DNA of 32,000 bases. Source: Candidatus Thorarchaeota archaeon. Its GTDB lineage: Archaea > Asgardarchaeota > Thorarchaeia > Thorarchaeales > Thorarchaeaceae. Every line of letters begins with the position of its first letter. The stretch's first letter is position 1. A program made the position numbers and the translations under genes. Below the pieces are notes generated by a model. It did not search any database, was not told the origin of the DNA, and saw only the letters and a list, made by a program, of their open reading frames with translations. Shown one piece after another: positions 26,960 through 32,000 of the stretch. Location: NCBI GenBank assembly GCA_008080745.1, contig SHMX01000001.1, positions 90,001-122,000 of the forward strand. The letters are read 5' to 3'.

Positions 26960-27622
26960 TCACTCAGGATTCAGGCTTGTCACCAAGTCCTTTATAATTT
27001 CGCATGTATGACTAAGCGAGTTTGAGTAAAAATGATCCTCATTCTCTAAGATGACAGTACTAGTTAGTTCCTCTCGAGTAACACGAGCAATATATTGACT
27101 ACTGGTAACAGGTACGGTAGAGTCACGATTCCCATGAACAAGAAGAATTGGACAAGATATATTCTGCAATATAGAATCCCAATCAGAAAAATCTCTAATC
27201 AATCGCATGGAAGGACTAAGAGCAACAACAAAGTCAGGCTTAAAGAGTCCACCAGCCAGCAAAGCCACAGAACCTCCAAAAGAATAACCCAATATTCCTC
27301 GTAATTGGTAAGAATCAATAGACTCAATTTTTTTTATTGCAGAAGAAAAGTCCTCAACAGCACCTTTGATTCCAGTAAAATCTCCTCTGAAGTCGGCTCC
27401 GCGAAAATTGAAGCGGAATGTTGCCTCATCCAGTGTGTGGAAAAGATGTACAAGTTCTTTCACTACAGAGTTATCCATATTTCCACCATAAAGAGGATGG
27501 GGATGTAGAACCACATTTACTAAAGGGGTTTCATCCTTTCGCGATTCGAGGAGGCCAGTGACTGCTTGAGATCCTACTGTAACCTCAAGTTTGATTCTCT
27601 GTATATCATTCACTGGGGACAT
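26960..27622 (-). CDS. Alpha/beta hydrolase
   Basis: HPHPLYGGNMDN, RFNFRG, nucleophile elbow GYSFGG, HGNRD (Asp) and EDHF (His). Confidence 0.88.
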   Translation of the reverse strand: MSPVNDIQRIKLEVTVGSQAVTGLLESRKDETPLVNVVLHPHPLYGGNMDNSVVKELVHLFHTLDEATFRFNFRGADFRGDFTGIKGAVEDFSSAIKKIESIDSYQLRGILGYSFGGSVALLAGGLFKPDFVVALSPSMRLIRDFSDWDSILQNISCPILLVHGNRDSTVPVTSSQYIARVTREELTSTVILENEDHFYSNSLSHTCEIIKDLVTSLNPE

Positions 27623-28112
27623 TTTCCAATTTGAGTGATTTTATACACGTGGAATCTTCAGTTGCCTTCCTAACTACACCCACAGTTATTTCTGGTGCTA
27701 TGCCTTCTGCAACAGCTGTTACATAGGGTAGGCAAACTGTATCACAGAATAACTTGCCCTGTTTTTGAAATTCAGCATGTTGGGGACAGAATGGGTGATC
27801 AAACTCAACATATCCATCCGATTTCCATGTAGCATTCATTTTCGCACCAAATACATGACCTATTACTTTCCAAGCATCGGATGCATCCTTTAGCCCATCC
27901 TCAAGACCTAGACGCTTCTTCATTGCTTCAGCGTCCTCTGAACCTAGTCTTCTGAAAACTTCAGATAGTGCGTCTAAACCCTCCTGTCCAAATCTCTCTT
28001 CTAAGACTTTTGCACTCTCTGTCATTAAACGTGTCAAATTTCCTCTTAATTCAGATATTTTATTTCCAGCAGGTATTAATCCTTTTGCAGCTGCAGTTCG
28101 CATTATTCCCAT
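27606..28112 (-). CDS. V4R/ATC-hydrolase-like small protein
   Basis: Helical N-terminus, then PFCP..FCDTVC..GI..C pattern. Start moved to the ATG at 28112, which has a GGAGG SD. The ORF track starts at 28151. Confidence 0.55.
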   Translation of the reverse strand: MGIMRTAAAKGLIPAGNKISELRGNLTRLMTESAKVLEERFGQEGLDALSEVFRRLGSEDAEAMKKRLGLEDGLKDASDAWKVIGHVFGAKMNATWKSDGYVEFDHPFCPQHAEFQKQGKLFCDTVCLPYVTAVAEGIAPEITVGVVRKATEDSTCIKSLKLENVPSE

Positions 28113-28221
28113 ATTAGTTCCTCCGATTTTGATATCTATGAGATGTGCCATTAGAGCGTATTAGTCTTGTCATATATTTTACTCACCAATCAGAATATAT
28201 ACAATTCAAAGAAGGGGAATT

Positions 28222-29259
28222 TTGATTATGATGGGAATGATAGAGGAAATAGATAAAGAAGATATGACTGCAATGGTAGACGCCTTTCCATCCTTGTTAC
28301 AAATTTATTCCTTATCAGAAGAATACCAAAAAAAATTGGAACATATTGACAAGACCTCTATCAAGGGAATAGGATTAGTAGGAATGGGAGGGAGTGCTAT
28401 TTCGGGTTTACTAAGTAAAGGCTTACTCGACCAAAAGTCACACATTCCAATCGTGTCTGTTCAAGATTACAAATTACCAAAATACATCCAGAAAAAATGG
28501 GTAGTTATCGCAGTTAGCTATTCAGGCAATACGGAGGAGACCTTGGCATCACTGAAAGAAGGACAAGGAAGAGGTTGCACTTGTTTAGGTATAACTAGTG
28601 GCGGTAAGCTCAGAAATAAACTACCGTCAGAACAGATTCAACTCTTGCCTAAAGGTCTCCAACCTAGAGCCGCTTTGCCAATTATTTTTGCAGCTGTTTA
28701 TCCAACAATCCAATTATTGATTGGTACTGATAAGGAAGATCTGGTAAAAGTGGGAAGAAAGTTAGAAGAATTAGAGAAGGATTGGGGTGGTAATATTACT
28801 CCGGTTCAATTCGCAAAATCCATATCAAATTCAATACCCCTTTTTACAGGATGGAGTCACCTTTCGCCTGTTGCCTATCGAGCAAGGTGTCAAATAAATG
28901 AAAACGCAAAAACAGCAGCATATAATTCAGATATACCTGAAGCAAATCATAATGAAATAGAATCGTGTGAATCCTTTAGTAAATATAGAATCATCCCAGT
29001 CTTTCTTCGCAGCATCTATGAGGAAACAGGAATCACCAGAAGGTTTGAAATCACTGGTGAAATATACAGAGCGCAAGGAATTTCTCCATTAGAAATTAGA
29101 TTCGAAGAACTCAGTCAAATAGAAGAAACACTAGTACATACATATTACCTGGACAAAGTTTCTGTTGAATTAGCAAAAATTCTGAAAGCTGATCCTATCA
29201 GTGTAGATAGAATCAGCACTCTGAAACGGAAATTAGCATCAAGTGATGAAACCCACTGA
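28222..29259 (+). CDS. Bifunctional phosphoglucose/phosphomannose isomerase (SIS fold)
   Basis: Motifs GMGGSAISG, SYSGNTEET, QPRAA, QINENAK and PEANHNEI. Confidence 0.92.
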   Translation: MIMMGMIEEIDKEDMTAMVDAFPSLLQIYSLSEEYQKKLEHIDKTSIKGIGLVGMGGSAISGLLSKGLLDQKSHIPIVSVQDYKLPKYIQKKWVVIAVSYSGNTEETLASLKEGQGRGCTCLGITSGGKLRNKLPSEQIQLLPKGLQPRAALPIIFAAVYPTIQLLIGTDKEDLVKVGRKLEELEKDWGGNITPVQFAKSISNSIPLFTGWSHLSPVAYRARCQINENAKTAAYNSDIPEANHNEIESCESFSKYRIIPVFLRSIYEETGITRRFEITGEIYRAQGISPLEIRFEELSQIEETLVHTYYLDKVSVELAKILKADPISVDRISTLKRKLASSDETH

Positions 29260-29775
29260 ATCATATGTCATAGGCCTGAATGAAACCGCTCGTGATTCAA
29301 AGACGTAATAGAAGTACATCATCTCGATTAAGAAAAACCATTCACCAGATTGGGATGCATTATAGATTGTCCATTTGTCAATATTAGTATCGATAACTTC
29401 CGAAACAGTGAAAGTTTCGTTATATGTAGAGGTCAGTGTTCTCCTATCTTGTGGAATGGTCTTCTTCAATGAGATGTAGCTGAGCTCATCTCCATTTAGT
29501 AAAACTGTGCATCGGAATGAGGATAATCTTGCTTCTCCAGCTGCTACACTGGGAGCTTCGAATCGAAATGAAAGAGAGATTATAGGATTGACATCTAAAT
29601 CTGTAGTATTCATGTTAGTTATTTCCAATCCAACCATTTCAACATCTAAATATCGAACAAGAATGTATGTTCCACTGTAGTAGTTGGCTGTAGAGTATAT
29701 AGATGCGCCACTTATCAGAGCAACGACTAGTACTGCTATGACAATAGCATTTTGTGGTTTCTCACTTGAAATCAT
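29239..29775 (-). CDS. Membrane-anchored beta-rich protein (possibly LEA-2/WHy-like)
   Basis: Single N-terminal TM followed by alternating beta strands with several N-x-S/T sequons. Confidence 0.5.
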   Translation of the reverse strand: MISSEKPQNAIVIAVLVVALISGASIYSTANYYSGTYILVRYLDVEMVGLEITNMNTTDLDVNPIISLSFRFEAPSVAAGEARLSSFRCTVLLNGDELSYISLKKTIPQDRRTLTSTYNETFTVSEVIDTNIDKWTIYNASQSGEWFFLIEMMYFYYVFESRAVSFRPMTYDSVGFIT

Positions 29776-29836
29776 TTCTGCTCACCTATTGTTTTATTTG
29801 ATATAATATACCCCTTTTGCTTTACGCAGGTAACAA

Positions 29837-30715
29837 TTAGCCTCCCAAGAACAGTAAAGTGGAGATATGGAAAATCCAAGGTAATAAAGCCAGAGTAGCG
29901 GGAAGGGGTATACCAGGAAGGAAATTCTCTTCCCTCGCTAAAATAGTCATATTAACAAAGATTCCTACTAATGCAAGGAACATTGACATTAGCCAAACAT
30001 GAAATGGGAAGAATACAAGCGTATGAGCGGATATTAGAGAAAAGGCAACGTAATCACCAACACCTACAGTAACGCTTTCAGCTTGTATTCGAGTGTAATC
30101 AAAAGGATCAGAACCAATATGATCCTCCATTTGCATAGATTGAATAGCTGGAGAGTGTCGTGTCAAAAAATAATCTTCAACTACTAGTGATAGAACCATT
30201 ACAAACATTGTAGACGTGACCATTGTTAAACCCATAAAGACTCCAAAAATGCTCCCATAAAACACAACAAAGACATTCTTTACTGCGGGGGGGATTGCGT
30301 CTATGACAATGAGTGCTAGAGCAATCATTGCTACTGCAAGAGATATCAAGGAAAGGACTCCGAACCAGACATCACGAGACCCTTTCAACAGTATGAGTAG
30401 AAAGACTTGACTTACAAAGAGAGATACAAAATACAGAATTGGTGATACGACAAAGGCAACAACTAGCTTTCGTGCACCTTTACCCCGCCTTTTCATTACG
30501 GTGAATAATGCAAAAACAACCGCCATACCTAGTCCTGTAGATACTACAGCTTGTAGAACTAATTCTGTTATATTGTAGTTACGCGATTCAGAGATAATCT
30601 CTCCTATTACACCACTATTCAACACAGAAGATCCAATTGCAGACCCAATTACTAGAGGTAATGCAGATAGTAATATGAGAATTGTACGTTGTCTGGTTAT
30701 TTTCAATATGAGCAC
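29837..30715 (-). CDS. Presenilin/PSH-like GxGD intramembrane aspartyl protease (A22)
   Basis: Nine hydrophobic segments. TM6 carries VVEDYF (YD-equivalent Asp), TM7 VGVGDY (GxGD) and TM9 LPGIP (PAL-equivalent). Confidence 0.8.
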   Translation of the reverse strand: MLILKITRQRTILILLSALPLVIGSAIGSSVLNSGVIGEIISESRNYNITELVLQAVVSTGLGMAVVFALFTVMKRRGKGARKLVVAFVVSPILYFVSLFVSQVFLLILLKGSRDVWFGVLSLISLAVAMIALALIVIDAIPPAVKNVFVVFYGSIFGVFMGLTMVTSTMFVMVLSLVVEDYFLTRHSPAIQSMQMEDHIGSDPFDYTRIQAESVTVGVGDYVAFSLISAHTLVFFPFHVWLMSMFLALVGIFVNMTILAREENFLPGIPLPATLALLPWIFHISTLLFLGG

Positions 30716-30804
30716 CTATCAGTTCAGGACTAAAGAAATAGAATGAGTCACAGTATAAAGGAGCTTCTAATGACGTAATAATTTCTACTATTGGCATGAA
30801 GAAA

Positions 30805-30839
30805 TATAAAAAAGAAAAGATTAGGGGACAGTGTCCCCT
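30805..30839 (-). terminator. Stem-loop plus U-tract terminator after the ABC substrate-binding gene
   Basis: AGGGGAC-agt-GTCCCCT (30823-30839), followed on the minus strand by AATCTTTTCTTTTTT. Confidence 0.65.
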
Positions 30840-30853
30840 TTAGTCTAAAATTG

Positions 30854-32000
30854 CTATTTCTGCCTCAACAGGACATATCCACCGACGAGGATAACCACTG
30901 CTGCACCGACAGCACCAGCAACAACAGCCATCAACAAATCACCTTGGAACGGTGATGGTGGTGTGGTTGCTTCTGGATGCTCGATTCCAAAGAAGTAATC
31001 AGGGTTGTAGGTCAGTTCAGTGAACTCACCAGCAACATATTCGCTGATTGTGAATGGACCAGAGGTCACAAAGAATGGTTCGTCTGGATCGGTTGGGTCA
31101 GGGTTCCACTCATTCCAAGCTGGGAATTCAGGATCGGTGAAGATGTGCTTGGGTATGATAGGCTTGTATGAAACAGTGTGCAGATGCCAGAATGACTCAG
31201 AGTCGAACTCAACAATGAGTTGGTATGGAGTCTTAGCATAAGCTGCAGCAAGGTCAGTCAGGTCAGCACCATAGGGGTTGCCTGGAGCATCACGGAAGTA
31301 GTTCAGTGAAAAGGCAGCGTCCTCAGCGGTAATTGGAGTACCATCAGTCCAGGTTGCGTTCTGCAACATGTTGAAGGTGAATCGCGTATTACCGTCTGGT
31401 ACTTCTGGGTTGTCATCATGGGTCTCAGCGACGTAGGACTCAATTAACCAATTGACATCCTCACCGTCTTCATTCTGAGTGATAAGACTGTCCCAGAGCT
31501 GATTGTTGACGTTTGCTGTGTAAGCAGATGAGCTAGCCATGAAGTTGAAGGTGTCAATGTCAAGTGGGTTGCTCCAACGGAACGTACCACCGAATGGACC
31601 ACCTTGGCTCTCCTTCAAGTGAACCTTGTAGTTGGTCCACCAGCCAGGTACACCGTCGCTTACGTCGTTTACAAAGCCCTCGAACTTGTCAGTTCTGTAG
31701 GCAGATAAGAGAGTGTTTTCATAACAGATAATCATAGGACTCTCAAAGACCCAGATTCTCTGCATCTCAATAGCAGCTTCGTATACATCCTCGTATTGGA
31801 CACCATAGAGAAGTTGATCTCTCCAGCTGTCGTATGAATCATTCCTGAAGTTGGGGAAGTTCCAGTATGGCTCATCGGCGTATTCAGACCAGTACTCATA
31901 AGCGAGCCAGTCAACGTCGAAGGTACTGAAGCTTGAACCAAGGAATACGATGTCATAGTCCTCGTGGAAGTATAACCTGTTCAAGTACTCGTAGAAGTCT
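30854..32000 (-). CDS. Oligopeptide/dipeptide ABC substrate-binding protein (family 5), 5' end outside the window, with C-terminal membrane anchor
   Basis: The frame is open to the window edge (DFYEYLNR...). Motifs WTDGTPITAEDAAFS, TSGPF.ISEY and YNPDYF. Ends in a Thr/Pro linker, a TM helix and RQK. Confidence 0.88.
   Translation of the reverse strand, partial: DFYEYLNRLYFHEDYDIVFLGSSFSTFDVDWLAYEYWSEYADEPYWNFPNFRNDSYDSWRDQLLYGVQYEDVYEAAIEMQRIWVFESPMIICYENTLLSAYRTDKFEGFVNDVSDGVPGWWTNYKVHLKESQGGPFGGTFRWSNPLDIDTFNFMASSSAYTANVNNQLWDSLITQNEDGEDVNWLIESYVAETHDDNPEVPDGNTRFTFNMLQNATWTDGTPITAEDAAFSLNYFRDAPGNPYGADLTDLAAAYAKTPYQLIVEFDSESFWHLHTVSYKPIIPKHIFTDPEFPAWNEWNPDPTDPDEPFFVTSGPFTISEYVAGEFTELTYNPDYFFGIEHPEATTPPSPFQGDLLMAVVAGAVGAAVVILVGGYVLLRQK

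Noticed and set aside
641-31956. Remaining short (60-95 aa) ORFs in the track nested in or antisense to assigned genes
   Set aside because: They lie within well-supported CDSs and show no motifs, so they are treated as chance ORFs.

Overview
Gene-dense archaeal chromosomal window of about 30 CDS. An ESCRT-III protein, a CdvA-like coiled coil, a presenilin-type protease, a V4R-like protein and TATA-type promoters suggest an Asgard archaeon, possibly Thorarchaeota (inference, not a database result). Housekeeping content: tungsten-type aldehyde:ferredoxin oxidoreductase with its 4x[4Fe-4S] subunit, branched-chain aminotransferase, glutamate dehydrogenase, nucleotide salvage genes (dcd, prs-like, udp, surE), wecB, thrC, a Ca2+/H+-type antiporter, HAD phosphatases, an IMPase-family protein, Mrp/NBP35, PGI/PMI and a truncated peptide ABC substrate-binding protein. 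Two features stand out. (1) A chlI/chlD-like chelatase locus in which two tandem A_AAA_AAA slippery heptamers precede the stop of the AAA+ ORF. The -1 frame is open from the first heptamer onward, predicting a frameshifted 898-aa AAA+/2TM/vWA product. (2) A roughly 700-nt non-coding interval (24850-25540) with three separate end-paired stem-loop elements. In the orientations I favour each has a TATA-like box, two have pyrimidine/T-rich terminators, and all carry unpaired CCUCC/CUCUCCUCC (anti-Shine-Dalgarno-like) motifs. This looks like a candidate cluster of sibling small RNAs. No rRNA, tRNA, CRISPR array or transposase was found.
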